64,000 bases of DNA from an uncultured bacterium (GCA_963980215.1 CAXBYZ010000002.1:1726-65725); one strand, 5' to 3'. Positions 1-9,401 are shown, numbered from the stretch's first letter. Numbers and translations are program-made. Notes: generated from the sequence alone by a model not told the origin.

Positions 1-1
1 C

Positions 2-1117
2 AATGACAAACTGACCACTGCTACCGATGACACTCTCAACCTTCCTCCAGGAGAATACCAAGTCAAGATCGCCAAAGACGGCTACACTCCTTGGGAGAAA
101 ACTCTTAAACTTGAACCGGAACTAGTCACCCAAACCAATACTAGGTTATTCCCTTCTGTACCAGACCTAAAACCACTCACTTTCACTGGAGCTACCAACC
201 TCGCTCCTTCCCCAGATGGCCAAAAAATCGCTTTTGTTATCAACTCAGCTACCACTAACGACAAAAATGGTCTATATATCCTAGACCTCCTCGATCGCCC
301 TTTTGCTCTAAACTCAGATGCTCGTCAAATCACCAGAAACTCCAAAGCCTTTGACTACTCAACCGCTAGTTTCACTTGGTCTCCGGACTCTACTCAAATT
401 ATCGCTACCTTCAAAGATGCCAATCTTTTACTCTCTATCTCTAACTTTAGTGATCAAAAAGATCAAAAAGACATTACTGCTAGCTTACCTATTCTTCTTA
501 AAGAGTGGAACCTAGAACTCGATAAAAAAGAACATGAAAAACTAGTAAAGTTACCTGATTTTATTCAACAAGTAGCTACTACCTCAGCAACTGCCGTTTA
601 CTTCTCTCCTGATGAAGACAAGTTAATGTACACCGCCACCGCTTCTGCTCAAATTCCTGATGAACTCATCATTCCTCTTCCAGCCAGCTCTACCCAAAAA
701 CAAAATCGAGATATCAAGCCTGGTAATGTCTACATCTACGACATTGAAGAAGATAAAAATTTCTGGATCGCATCTGCCGATTCAAGGTCCGTTCTTGAAG
801 GTACTCCTTTAAGGCCGGACCTTAATGAAAATTCCGAACCTTCACCGGATCTCCTCTCTCATCTCTCCAACCGCTACTCACCCTTAAATCTTCAAAACAT
901 CCAATGGTATCCAGACTCACGCCACCTTATTAAAATCCTTGAAGATAAAATCGACATTATCGAGTATGACAACACCAACCACCAAACTATCTACGCCGGC
1001 CCTTTTGTCAACTTCTTTGCTTATCCTTGGCCCAACGGCAATCGCCTTATCATCCTTGCTTCTCTAAACGGCGGCTCTCACTTACCCCCAAACCTCTACT
1101 CTATTAATCTAAAATAA
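2..1117 (+). CDS. PEGA-domain / beta-propeller-like exported protein (5' truncated by window edge)
   Basis: Frame is open from base 2 (NLPPGEYQVKIAKDGYTPWEK, PEGA-like; SPDGQKIAF propeller-type motif) and runs into the listed 626..1117 ORF. Confidence 0.7.
   Translation, partial: NDKLTTATDDTLNLPPGEYQVKIAKDGYTPWEKTLKLEPELVTQTNTRLFPSVPDLKPLTFTGATNLAPSPDGQKIAFVINSATTNDKNGLYILDLLDRPFALNSDARQITRNSKAFDYSTASFTWSPDSTQIIATFKDANLLLSISNFSDQKDQKDITASLPILLKEWNLELDKKEHEKLVKLPDFIQQVATTSATAVYFSPDEDKLMYTATASAQIPDELIIPLPASSTQKQNRDIKPGNVYIYDIEEDKNFWIASADSRSVLEGTPLRPDLNENSEPSPDLLSHLSNRYSPLNLQNIQWYPDSRHLIKILEDKIDIIEYDNTNHQTIYAGPFVNFFAYPWPNGNRLIILASLNGGSHLPPNLYSINLK
784..823. repeat. Composite palindrome family D (AAGGTCCG...CGGACCTT), inside CDS
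   Basis: aaggtccgttcttgaaggtactcctttaaggccggacctt; near-identical copy at 60635-60674 and related copy at 57117-57155. Confidence 0.9.
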
Positions 1118-2235
1118 TGAAAGTTGTCAACTTAACTTCGACAAACCACGCATCCGTAACCAACCAAGCCGTTAAAACTCTTAAAAATAACGGCCTAGTT
1201 ATCTACCCTACTGAAACCTGCTACGGCGCCGGAGTTTTAGCTACCAGCCAACCGGCCATTGATAAACTTCTAGCCTACAAAACCCGTCGTGAAGGTAAAC
1301 CCCTCTCCATCGCCGTCACCAACAACACCATGGCATCAAAATATGTCACACTAAATACTTCTGCTAAAAACTTATATCAAAAATTCCTTCCCGGACCCCT
1401 CACTGTCATCTCTCGTGGTTTAAATAAAGTGGCCAAAGGTGTTCAATCAGAAACCCACACTCTAGGTATCCGCATTCCCGACTACCCCCTCATTACAAAA
1501 ATTGTTAAAACTCTAGGCCAGCCCATCACCGCCACTTCCGCCAACGCTTCCTACAAAAAACGCCCCTACTCAATTAAAGACATTTTAAATAATACTAGCC
1601 AAAAACAACAAAACTTAATTGACTTAATCATCGACGCCGGCACCTTACCTAAAAGACCCCCAAGCACCGTGGTTGACACCACCCTCGATGATCCTCTTAT
1701 CCTACGCAAGGGAGGTTCCGAACTTCAGGCTTTAGCCGATGCCAATTTCATTGGCACTAGTTCGAAACCTAAAAAACTCACCACCAAATCTCCCCAAGAC
1801 ACCATCAATCTTGCCAAAACTCTAATGCTTAAAAACTGGAACCACCTCCAAAAACACCCCCTCCTATTTCTCCTAATCGGTGACCTAGGCGCCGGCAAAA
1901 CCAAATTTGCCAAAGGCATTGGCCAGTTTTTAAAGATAAGCAACCCTATCACTTCGCCCACCTACACCATTGAAAAAGAGTATCCCTACACCCGCCACTC
2001 CATCTCCGGCCTCTTTCTTCATCTAGATCTTTGGCGTCTACAAAATCTAGAAGAACTAGACCAACTCAAGCTCAACTCCCGTCTTCTGCCCAAAAATGTC
2101 ATCGCTATCGAATGGGCTTCCCGCACTCTAAAACCAATCTTCTCCCTCGCTCGCCAATCCAAAGCCAAGATTATCTCAATTCAAATCTCTCCCGGATCCT
2201 CTCCATCTCATCGGCAGATAATAATTAATCATTGA
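1117..2235 (+). CDS. tsaC-tsaE: Fused threonylcarbamoyl-AMP synthase (TsaC/Sua5) and t6A ATPase TsaE
   Basis: N-half has YPTETCYG, KxR, PGPLT, TSAN, PSTVVD (YrdC). C-half has GDLGAGKT, SPTYTI, HLDLWRL, IEWA (TsaE). Confidence 0.9.
   Translation: MKVVNLTSTNHASVTNQAVKTLKNNGLVIYPTETCYGAGVLATSQPAIDKLLAYKTRREGKPLSIAVTNNTMASKYVTLNTSAKNLYQKFLPGPLTVISRGLNKVAKGVQSETHTLGIRIPDYPLITKIVKTLGQPITATSANASYKKRPYSIKDILNNTSQKQQNLIDLIIDAGTLPKRPPSTVVDTTLDDPLILRKGGSELQALADANFIGTSSKPKKLTTKSPQDTINLAKTLMLKNWNHLQKHPLLFLLIGDLGAGKTKFAKGIGQFLKISNPITSPTYTIEKEYPYTRHSISGLFLHLDLWRLQNLEELDQLKLNSRLLPKNVIAIEWASRTLKPIFSLARQSKAKIISIQISPGSSPSHRQIIINH
1713..1770. repeat. Composite family A element (GGTTCCGAAC arms around inner hairpins), in the TsaC-TsaE linker
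   Basis: aggttccgaact...tgccaat-ttc-attggca...agttcgaaacct. Confidence 0.8.
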
Positions 2236-2261
2236 CAAAAAAATATAAAGACACATATACT
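2232..2261 (+). promoter_or_regulatory. sigma70-like promoter, probably leaderless transcript
   Basis: TTGACA-18 nt-TATACT, with ATG 8 nt downstream at 2270. Confidence 0.55.
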
Positions 2262-2269
2262 AATAGTTA

Positions 2270-3259
2270 ATGTTCAAACCACTAAAAAAGTTTGTCAAAA
2301 AAAATAGCACTACTTCTCTAGCTTTAGCGACCATTGCTATCTCCCTTTCAGTTGGCTTATCAATCCCCTCTGCTATCAATCCTAACATTAGCCAAATTTG
2401 TTTTGACTGGGATGTCAACTGCACTCAAACTAGGGCAACAAAAGAAAAAGCCAAACAAGCAGCTACCACTAGAAAAACAACCCCCAACCCACCAACACCC
2501 ACTAGACCAGATCCCGAAGATCTTCTTCCAGAAAATGAATTTTATGTTCCACCTGCCACGACTCCTGCCCCCCCCAAATCTGATGGCTGTAGAGAAGGTG
2601 AACGTCGATGCTATGGTGGTAAAAATCAATTCTGCGCCCCCCTTCCTAATAATCAAGGTACCGAGTGGATTAGTCTTGGCGGATCATGTGATCCTTCCAA
2701 ACCTTTAACAAACTACACCACTCAAACCACAACCGCTGAAACTCAAGAGGAAGATGAAAATTATGGAGTTCCTAAATGCAACCCTACATGTAAAGCACCA
2801 TATGTTTGCACCTGGCAAACAGGTAACTCAACTACTTGTATTCTTGAACAATTTACTTGTGTAGATGAAAATACAGGTGGAAATTATAAAAACGGGGTTC
2901 CTCTATACCTTCCCGGCCCTAGCGATCCTTACTGTAACTCATACAAAACCGGAGCAAATTCGGGATACGAATTTATCTCTCGAACCTGTGTCAATGGTCA
3001 ATGGAAAACCTCCTATTCAAAGAACCCAACCAGTAATTGTCCTGATACCGGTGGATGCCGAAGCTATACGAGTTCAGAAGAATTTCAGTTTAATAATTGC
3101 TGTGAAATAATGAAAAATCAATCAGATTGGGGTCAATATGAAAGTATGTGTAAAGGCCAATCTCAAATAGATAATTCAGATTCAAACCATTCAGTCATTG
3201 AAAAAGCCAAAGGATTCTTTGATGCTATCCTCTCAATTTTTGGCCTAAAAAGAACCTAA
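2270..3259 (+). CDS. Cys-rich, Pro/Thr-rich exported hypothetical protein
   Basis: N-terminal hydrophobic segment, PT linker, many Cys. Confidence 0.7.
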   Translation: MFKPLKKFVKKNSTTSLALATIAISLSVGLSIPSAINPNISQICFDWDVNCTQTRATKEKAKQAATTRKTTPNPPTPTRPDPEDLLPENEFYVPPATTPAPPKSDGCREGERRCYGGKNQFCAPLPNNQGTEWISLGGSCDPSKPLTNYTTQTTTAETQEEDENYGVPKCNPTCKAPYVCTWQTGNSTTCILEQFTCVDENTGGNYKNGVPLYLPGPSDPYCNSYKTGANSGYEFISRTCVNGQWKTSYSKNPTSNCPDTGGCRSYTSSEEFQFNNCCEIMKNQSDWGQYESMCKGQSQIDNSDSNHSVIEKAKGFFDAILSIFGLKRT

Positions 3260-3265
3260 GTCCTA

Positions 3266-4195
3266 ATGTCTCCCAAACGGCAATTTTTGATCTTGTTTTC
3301 ATCAAGTTTGTTTGGCCTGTTTCTCTCTTTCTTAATTAACCAAAACAGTTTTTACCAATTACCCACCATTCAACAAATTAACACTTCTCAAGACACCTTT
3401 GAATTAAAAATTGAGAATAAGTTCTTAGAACCAAATCAAACTTTTTCAGTTATCCTTGGCTATCATACTTCACAACCAGTTCAATTTCTTCAAGCCTTAC
3501 TGGAATTTGATCCAAACATCATAAAGATTATTCCACCCGATGAAAAACTTCATTCACTTAACTTTCATAAATTTGATACTCCTCAAAGAAATCAAATCAA
3601 AATTACTGCCAACTCTATTAATCCTTTAAATCTCATTAACCACTCAGATTCTCTTGAGGGTAATGGAGATATTGCCAAACTCAATTTTATAGTTATTGGT
3701 AATCAATCAACTCAAACCCAAATTAAGTTTATTGTTCCCGATAAAAATAACACTGATTGGAATAAAACCAACCTTGTCTTTCTAGATAATTTATTATCCC
3801 CAAACCAAATACTAAATCACACTCCAGAGTCATTAGTTTTAGATATTATTCTACCTTCACCTTCACCTTCACCAACTCCTTCGGCTACAGCCTCGGCTAA
3901 TTTAGTAGACAACAACCCATCTTCATCTTCAAACTCCGCTAGTTTTATTGAATACCTTAAACTATTCCCAATGATCGCTTCACAAGCTTCAGAAATTATT
4001 GAAGCTAGCCCATCTTCTTATCTTATCCCATCTCCAGAAGCAACTTTTACTGCCACCCTACCAATACCTGAACCTAAAGATGAACAACCATTAATCGTGA
4101 TCGAAACAAAAAAACCAACATTTTGGGATAATATTATTACAAAACTAAATCAAATTTTTATATACTTAGGTTCACTCACTTTAAACCGTTCCTGA
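3266..4195 (+). CDS. Membrane-anchored cohesin-like domain protein
   Basis: N-terminal TM; LEFDPNIIKI and GNGDIAKLNF cohesin-like strands; PSPSPSPTP linker. Confidence 0.55.
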   Translation: MSPKRQFLILFSSSLFGLFLSFLINQNSFYQLPTIQQINTSQDTFELKIENKFLEPNQTFSVILGYHTSQPVQFLQALLEFDPNIIKIIPPDEKLHSLNFHKFDTPQRNQIKITANSINPLNLINHSDSLEGNGDIAKLNFIVIGNQSTQTQIKFIVPDKNNTDWNKTNLVFLDNLLSPNQILNHTPESLVLDIILPSPSPSPTPSATASANLVDNNPSSSSNSASFIEYLKLFPMIASQASEIIEASPSSYLIPSPEATFTATLPIPEPKDEQPLIVIETKKPTFWDNIITKLNQIFIYLGSLTLNRS

Positions 4196-4539
4196 ATCCT
4201 CTCCATCTCATCGGCAGATAGCTTTTCACCTTTAAGTGTATCTTTTCTCCCCGGTTTTAAGTGAATATGAGCATGGGGCACTTCCCAACCATAAATACTC
4301 GACCTAACCCCCTCACTAACCACTTCTCGAAAATGCCTAGCTAGTTTACCCACTACTTCAAAGTACTTCCCTAAATTTTCATAATCCCAAACCCACTCTT
4401 CATGCTGTTTTGGAATCACCACTGTGTGTCCGTAGGTATTTGGAAATATATCCAAAAAAGCCAAAAACTCCTCATCCTCGTAAACCTTATACGCCGGCAT
4501 CTCTCCTTTAATAATTTTGCAAAAGATACAATCCGTCAT
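4150..4539 (-). CDS. HIT family nucleotide hydrolase
   Basis: DCIFCKII start, FLDIFP, GHTVVIPK, HAHIH triad. Start reset to MTDCIF. Confidence 0.9.
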   Translation of the reverse strand: MTDCIFCKIIKGEMPAYKVYEDEEFLAFLDIFPNTYGHTVVIPKQHEEWVWDYENLGKYFEVVGKLARHFREVVSEGVRSSIYGWEVPHAHIHLKPGRKDTLKGEKLSADEMERIQERFKVSEPKYIKI

Positions 4540-4563
4540 ATCTTTGAGTATATAATACAGTTT

Positions 4564-5661
4564 ATGAAACAACCAGTAATTTTAGCTATCGACACTTCCT
4601 GCGATGAAACCGCCGCCGCCGTTTCTCGTGGCCGTAAAATTCTTAGTAACGTCATCTCCTCTCAAATTAACATCCATAAAAAATGGGGCGGCGTCGTCCC
4701 TCATCTAGCTAAACGCGCTCATTTGGAAAAAATAAAACCAGTGGTAAATAAAGCTTTATTACAAGCAGGGTTCGGAACTTCAGCAATTGCGACTCCGACG
4801 AAAGTCGGAGCTAGTTCCGAACCTAAAAACCTTACCGGCATCGACGCCATCGCCGTCACCATCGGCCCCGGCTTAGCTCCGGCTCTAGAAGTAGGTCTGG
4901 CCTACGCCAAAAAACTCGCCCAAGAGCACCACAAACCCCTCATCGCTATCAACCACATGGAAGGCCACCTACTCTCTTCTCTCGCCCTACCCAACTCTCA
5001 CACACATACTGGTTCGGAACCAGTATGTGACTTCCCCACCATTGGCTTACTCGTCTCCGGTGGTCACACCCAACTAGTTTTAGTTAAAAAAATTGGCGAC
5101 TATCAGCTCTTGGGTGAAACCCTAGATGATGCCGGCGGCGAAGCTCTAGACAAACTAGCTAAAATGTTAAAACTAGGCTACCCCGGTGGCCCGATTGTGG
5201 AAGAACTAGCCAAAAAAGGTCTTCCTGGCACTATTTCCTTACCAGTGCCAATTCAACACTCCAAAGATTTTAACTTTAGTTTTAGTGGTTTAAAAACCGC
5301 TGCCCTCTACCAAATTCAAGCTCAAAAAAAAATCACCAAAACCTACACCTCCAACATGTGTTATTCCTTTCAACAAGCCATCACTATATCTTTAACTACC
5401 AAACTTACTCGAGCCATCAACCAATATCGTCCCAAAAGCATCTTGCTTGGTGGTGGTGTCTTTTCTAACATCTACATTAGAAGTCAAGTCAGACAAACCG
5501 TCAAAAAATTCAACTTACCCTTACACCTTCCCTACTCCAAAAAACTATTTACAGATAACGCCGCCATGATTGCCATTCCCGCCTACTACAAATTCATGCA
5601 AAAAGACTTTGCAAAAAATCTTGACACCCTCGACCGCCAACCTAGTCTAAATTTTAATTAA
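4564..5661 (+). CDS. tsaD: tRNA N6-adenosine threonylcarbamoyltransferase TsaD
   Basis: ILAIDTSCDET, GGVVP, GPGL, NHMEGH, VSGGHT, DDAGGEALDK, SFSGLKT, TDNAAMIA. Confidence 0.95.
   Translation: MKQPVILAIDTSCDETAAAVSRGRKILSNVISSQINIHKKWGGVVPHLAKRAHLEKIKPVVNKALLQAGFGTSAIATPTKVGASSEPKNLTGIDAIAVTIGPGLAPALEVGLAYAKKLAQEHHKPLIAINHMEGHLLSSLALPNSHTHTGSEPVCDFPTIGLLVSGGHTQLVLVKKIGDYQLLGETLDDAGGEALDKLAKMLKLGYPGGPIVEELAKKGLPGTISLPVPIQHSKDFNFSFSGLKTAALYQIQAQKKITKTYTSNMCYSFQQAITISLTTKLTRAINQYRPKSILLGGGVFSNIYIRSQVRQTVKKFNLPLHLPYSKKLFTDNAAMIAIPAYYKFMQKDFAKNLDTLDRQPSLNFN
4769..4823. repeat. Composite family A element inside tsaD
   Basis: ggttcggaact-tcagcaattgcga-ctccgac-gaaa-gtcggag-ct-agttccgaacc; sister copy at 19498-19562. 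Confidence 0.9.
5003..5029. repeat. Perfect 27 bp family A palindrome inside tsaD
   Basis: cacatactggttc-g-gaaccagtatgtg encodes HTGSEPVC; sister copy in leuS at 54032-54056. Confidence 0.9.
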
Positions 5662-6373
5662 ATGCCCACTCAATTTCATGGGTTTTTGGATCAACTCCAT
5701 GATCACGAATCCAATTAGCTATTTCCTCTATTGAAACCTCTTCTTGTGTCAAAACCAAAACTTTAATTTTTTTTCTGCCAACATATTCAATCTTATAATT
5801 TAATGATTCATAGGGTAAAAAATTCACCAAAGGATAATTTTCTTTTTGAAAATTATCTAGTTGTTCCATCCCAATCGATCTCAATTTTTCTTCCCCAGTA
5901 GTAATTTGCCAAACATAAATCAACTGATCACCCTTATATACCATTACCTCATACCATTGACCGGATTTTAATATCTCAAGAGGATAAAAACTCACACTCA
6001 TCTCTCCCTTATTTATCAATGTTTCTCCCAAAATCACCGGATTTAATTGAATATTCATCTTATCTAAATCAATTAATTGATCAAACATCACTCGAATCAC
6101 ATCCAATTTTCTGTTAACTGTCTCATCAGCACTCGGTTCAGTTCTCATAATTTTTACGCTCTCGCCTCTTTTAATAGCCACCTGATCACTTAATATTTTC
6201 CCTAACTCTTCTTCCCTCAACACATCATTAAGTCTAAGCCCAAACATCGATTTCATCTCCCCTTTACTAACCATTTCTTGCTGTCGTTTAACCACCACTC
6301 CACCCACTACCAACAATAAACAACCAATACTAATCCCACCAATAACTAACAAAAATTTATAATCAAGTTTCAT
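5654..6373 (-). CDS. Membrane-anchored protein with possible Ig-like (Big_5-type) domain
   Basis: N-terminal TM; IRVMFDQLID and FYPLEILKSGQWYEV pattern. Confidence 0.55.
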   Translation of the reverse strand: MKLDYKFLLVIGGISIGCLLLVVGGVVVKRQQEMVSKGEMKSMFGLRLNDVLREEELGKILSDQVAIKRGESVKIMRTEPSADETVNRKLDVIRVMFDQLIDLDKMNIQLNPVILGETLINKGEMSVSFYPLEILKSGQWYEVMVYKGDQLIYVWQITTGEEKLRSIGMEQLDNFQKENYPLVNFLPYESLNYKIEYVGRKKIKVLVLTQEEVSIEEIANWIRDHGVDPKTHEIEWAFN

Positions 6374-6957
6374 GAACCTCCCAAAGGCCTCACGACAAAG
6401 TAGCTTAAATCTGCAGTCGGCACACTTGGTAAAGTAATCGTCCTACAATCACCTGCTCCACTATTTTGATAATTAAAGTCACATATGCGTACAAAATAAT
6501 CTCCATTTGACGTATTAATTGGATTACCGACCACCACCATAATATGCCCTTCATCTCTAGGAACCCCATCGTTTTTCGGTACTATATATTCCCCATCTAC
6601 CCATCCATTACTTCCATTCAATACAATTCCATCACCATCTTGAATTCCAATAGTGCTTGCTCCATAACTATTTATCAAATCACCTTTTTGACACCAATTA
6701 TTACTTCCAGGGTTACATACTGACGGTAAAGCACCAGCAATATTCCCATAAGTATCTACGCCAAAATGGCCAAAGCTTGGATTAATAGTAATCGCACCAT
6801 CCAAACACCTATAAACGATCTCTCCATTTTTGATATAAAAATCATAAGAAGTAGGATAATCTTCTCCAAGGCATAATTCCATATCACGATCAACCTGATT
6901 ATCATTAATCACCTCAATACTTTCCACACATAAATTAACCGCATCCACAATAATCAT
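6370..6957 (-). CDS. Possible CHAP-like amidase domain; may be the frameshifted 3' part of 6935..7807
   Basis: GDGIVL...GHIMVV...VRICDFNY resembles the CHAP His region; 23 nt overlap with the upstream ORF. Confidence 0.4.
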   Translation of the reverse strand: MIIVDAVNLCVESIEVINDNQVDRDMELCLGEDYPTSYDFYIKNGEIVYRCLDGAITINPSFGHFGVDTYGNIAGALPSVCNPGSNNWCQKGDLINSYGASTIGIQDGDGIVLNGSNGWVDGEYIVPKNDGVPRDEGHIMVVVGNPINTSNGDYFVRICDFNYQNSGAGDCRTITLPSVPTADLSYFVVRPLGGS

Positions 6958-7807
6958 CTATCCAAAAACTACCTCCCAAACTTAATCTATCATCCACACT
7001 CTCCGTCACTGAAGTATTCTGATTAAATCCATTCAAAAATGATCCATAATTATCTCCATACACCCCCCACTCATCCCCTTGAACTTCATCAACCTCAATT
7101 ACAATATCAGCATAATCATGATACGAATCTCTCAATTCTTGTGGCCCATAAGTCACTTGACAATTAGGACAATAAACCCACGAACCAGTTGGCCCATCAC
7201 ATTTATATGTAGTATATCTTTCTCCAGCTCTCAACGGCCCAAACGCCACTACAGGATTACCCGATGCGTCTTTACTCACAGCATTACCATTCTTATCACG
7301 ACAAGGTATATCTCGCTCGTTATTTCCACTACTGCTATTTCCAGTAGTAACACCAGGAATTTGCCCTTGTTCTGCTACCGCATTTCCCCCTACATTATTC
7401 AAGTACTCCTCTCTCTCAGTTATAAATTCACCACTCAAACTATCATTCATTGCTCCGTCGTGATTTCCTTGCCATAAGTCAGCCAACCCCTTCCACCTAT
7501 CCGCATCTGCTTGCTTACCCTCCTTTAGTGTAATTTCTTGTTCTTTCAAAGGTTTCCTATTTTTCTCAAAAGCCTGCTTTACTTCTTCAGTTATTCGTTT
7601 TGCATCCTCTCGCCTCTGTTCTAACAAATTACTCTTATCAATTTTATCTTGTGTCTCTCTATCCAAGCCCGCTCTTCCATCTATATTAAATATCTTCGGC
7701 ACCTCTCCCTGATTACTCACCACATACTTACTCACCGGCACCATCAACGCCACTACCGCTACAATCACTAAAATCGGTAAATGAACAAAACCACGGCAAG
7801 CCTTCAT
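6935..7807 (-). CDS. Exported protein with prepilin-like (RG|FVHLP) N-terminus
   Basis: Basic-G-F plus hydrophobic helix; N-terminus paralogous to 37972..39054. Confidence 0.6.
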   Translation of the reverse strand: MKACRGFVHLPILVIVAVVALMVPVSKYVVSNQGEVPKIFNIDGRAGLDRETQDKIDKSNLLEQRREDAKRITEEVKQAFEKNRKPLKEQEITLKEGKQADADRWKGLADLWQGNHDGAMNDSLSGEFITEREEYLNNVGGNAVAEQGQIPGVTTGNSSSGNNERDIPCRDKNGNAVSKDASGNPVVAFGPLRAGERYTTYKCDGPTGSWVYCPNCQVTYGPQELRDSYHDYADIVIEVDEVQGDEWGVYGDNYGSFLNGFNQNTSVTESVDDRLSLGGSFWIDDYCGCG

Positions 7808-7861
7808 AGTTATATCCTATCAATACTTAGTCGAATTCTCAATGATATAATACTTCCAAAC

Positions 7862-7933
7862 GCTCTCATAGTTTAATGGATAAAACAGAGGTTTCCTAAA
7901 CCTCCGATGCAAGTTCGATTCTTGCTGGGGGCA
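7862..7933 (+). tRNA. tRNA-Arg (CCT)
   Basis: Acceptor GCTCTCA/TGGGGGC, anticodon arm GAGGT-TTCCTAA-ACCTC, T-loop TTCGATT. Confidence 0.93.
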
Positions 7934-7937
7934 CATC

Positions 7938-7964
7938 TACATGAAGGTTCGTAACCTTCATGTA
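7938..7964. repeat. Family A palindrome in the tRNA spacer
   Basis: tacatgaaggtt-cgt-aaccttcatgta; 26 bp identical to 24157-24182. Confidence 0.9.
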
Positions 7965-7968
7965 CCAT

Positions 7969-8041
7969 CGGGGTGTAGCGCAGTTGGTAGCGCGCGTCGT
8001 TCGGGACGGCGAGGTCGTGAGTTCAAATCTCACCACCCCGA
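7969..8041 (+). tRNA. tRNA-Pro (CGG)
   Basis: Acceptor CGGGGTG/CACCCCG, anticodon loop TTCGGGA, T-loop TTCAAAT. Confidence 0.93.
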
Positions 8042-8046
8042 CTTTA

Positions 8047-8664
8047 TTATTCTCTTGAAGCAATATCTGCCAAACTTGTCTTAATTATCTCATCATCTAC
8101 TTTAAACCCCGGCATAAACTCTACCGTTTCTGAATAATCCACGTCCTTAAAATATGACAACTGGCTTCGTAGTAAAACTTCATCAAATAAACCCCCTCCA
8201 AAAATATCTACAGTCTTCTTACTAATCTCTTCTAGAGAAAACTGTTTCAATAAAAAATACACATCCACATAATCTTTCCACTTGGCTCTTTGACCCAAAG
8301 CAAATGCCTTCATACAACCAATCGATAACACATCAGGCATCTTAATCACTTCATCCCAATTCTCATTAACCGGCACCGGATATTTATACTGATACCAAGT
8401 CATTTTTACTCCATGAGTCATCACCGTTAACTGATTTTTCTGATTCACAAACGTTTCTTCAACTGGAAAATACTTGCCAACTTTTCCAATAATTTGATTA
8501 TTATCAAAGTCTATTTTTGTAAACAAATCAAAGTCTATCGACCTCCTATGACCGATCTGCAAAGCCAGGGCTGTTCCTCCCACCAAGTAATAATCATCTT
8601 TAAACTCCCTCACCAAATCAATTAAATCTTTCTGCTCTTTAGATAAAATATCAAGCTCAAACAT
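8047..8664 (-). CDS. AbiEii/DUF1814-family nucleotidyltransferase (type IV TA toxin)
   Basis: YLVGGTALALQIGHRRSIDFDLF, K...R...KDYVD. Confidence 0.85.
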   Translation of the reverse strand: MFELDILSKEQKDLIDLVREFKDDYYLVGGTALALQIGHRRSIDFDLFTKIDFDNNQIIGKVGKYFPVEETFVNQKNQLTVMTHGVKMTWYQYKYPVPVNENWDEVIKMPDVLSIGCMKAFALGQRAKWKDYVDVYFLLKQFSLEEISKKTVDIFGGGLFDEVLLRSQLSYFKDVDYSETVEFMPGFKVDDEIIKTSLADIASRE

Positions 8665-8914
8665 ATCTATTAAAATAGTTGCCAAATAAAGCAATCCTTT
8701 CCGGCCGTAAATTCACTCTTCGTTTTTCTTGCGTCATATACAAAAACAGTTTCTTTATTTTTTTTAAACCCATCTTTTTCTTCAACCACAAAAAATCTTT
8801 CCACCGACCATAATTCAACACCCCTTCCACCACTGCTTCATCATCTAGTTTTGTCACATCACTCACCCACCACCATTTTTGCTTATTCTCAGTCAACCAG
8901 TTATTCAACTGCAT
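8657..8914 (-). CDS. Small putative antitoxin partner of the nucleotidyltransferase
   Basis: WWxSD...VVEGVLNYGRW pattern; overlaps the toxin start. Confidence 0.6.
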   Translation of the reverse strand: MQLNNWLTENKQKWWWVSDVTKLDDEAVVEGVLNYGRWKDFLWLKKKMGLKKIKKLFLYMTQEKRRVNLRPERIALFGNYFNRYV

Positions 8915-8916
8915 TT

Positions 8917-9387
8917 TTATTCCCGCTCTTCCTTCGAATAAATCAAGCAATCCGAAGCACTCTCCCACTCTATAATCTCACTATCTTTAAAGACCAGTTT
9001 TCTCTCTTTTTCAGCCGACTCCACTCCATCCGAGGCATGAATCAAGTTTAACTGTTGGCTCATAGAAAAATCTCCCCGAATCGAACCTGCCTCAGCCTCA
9101 CGACCATGAGTCGTACCGACTAGTTTTCTAACCGTATCAATCGCTCCCACCCCACTCCAAACCATGGCCACAATCGGTGAAGACATCATAAATCCCTTCA
9201 AGTCACTAAAAAATCCTTTGTCTTTATGATGAGCATACCACTCATCCAAAATCTCGTCAGTTAACAACATCATCTTCAACCCAGACAACTTCAAACCCTT
9301 CTTCTCAAACCGATTAATAATCTCCCCCAACAAACCCCTCTGTAATCCATCCGGTTTTAGTAAAATGACTGAGTATTCAAACTTCAT
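8917..9387 (-). CDS. ndk: Nucleoside diphosphate kinase
   Basis: LKPDGLQRGLLGEII, GSIRGDF, NLIHASD. Confidence 0.95.
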   Translation of the reverse strand: MKFEYSVILLKPDGLQRGLLGEIINRFEKKGLKLSGLKMMLLTDEILDEWYAHHKDKGFFSDLKGFMMSSPIVAMVWSGVGAIDTVRKLVGTTHGREAEAGSIRGDFSMSQQLNLIHASDGVESAEKERKLVFKDSEIIEWESASDCLIYSKEERE

Positions 9388-9401
9388 ACCATCATTATAA
9401 C

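Noticed and set aside
4402-4563. Long N-terminal extensions in the ORF track (tsaD, HIT, leuS, AbiEi 41507, ATPase 45110)
   Set aside because: They overlap divergent genes or promoters; family motifs begin at downstream ATGs.
7862-8694. Integrative element at the tRNA genes
   Set aside because: No integrase, and no duplicated tRNA 3' end noticed in the window.
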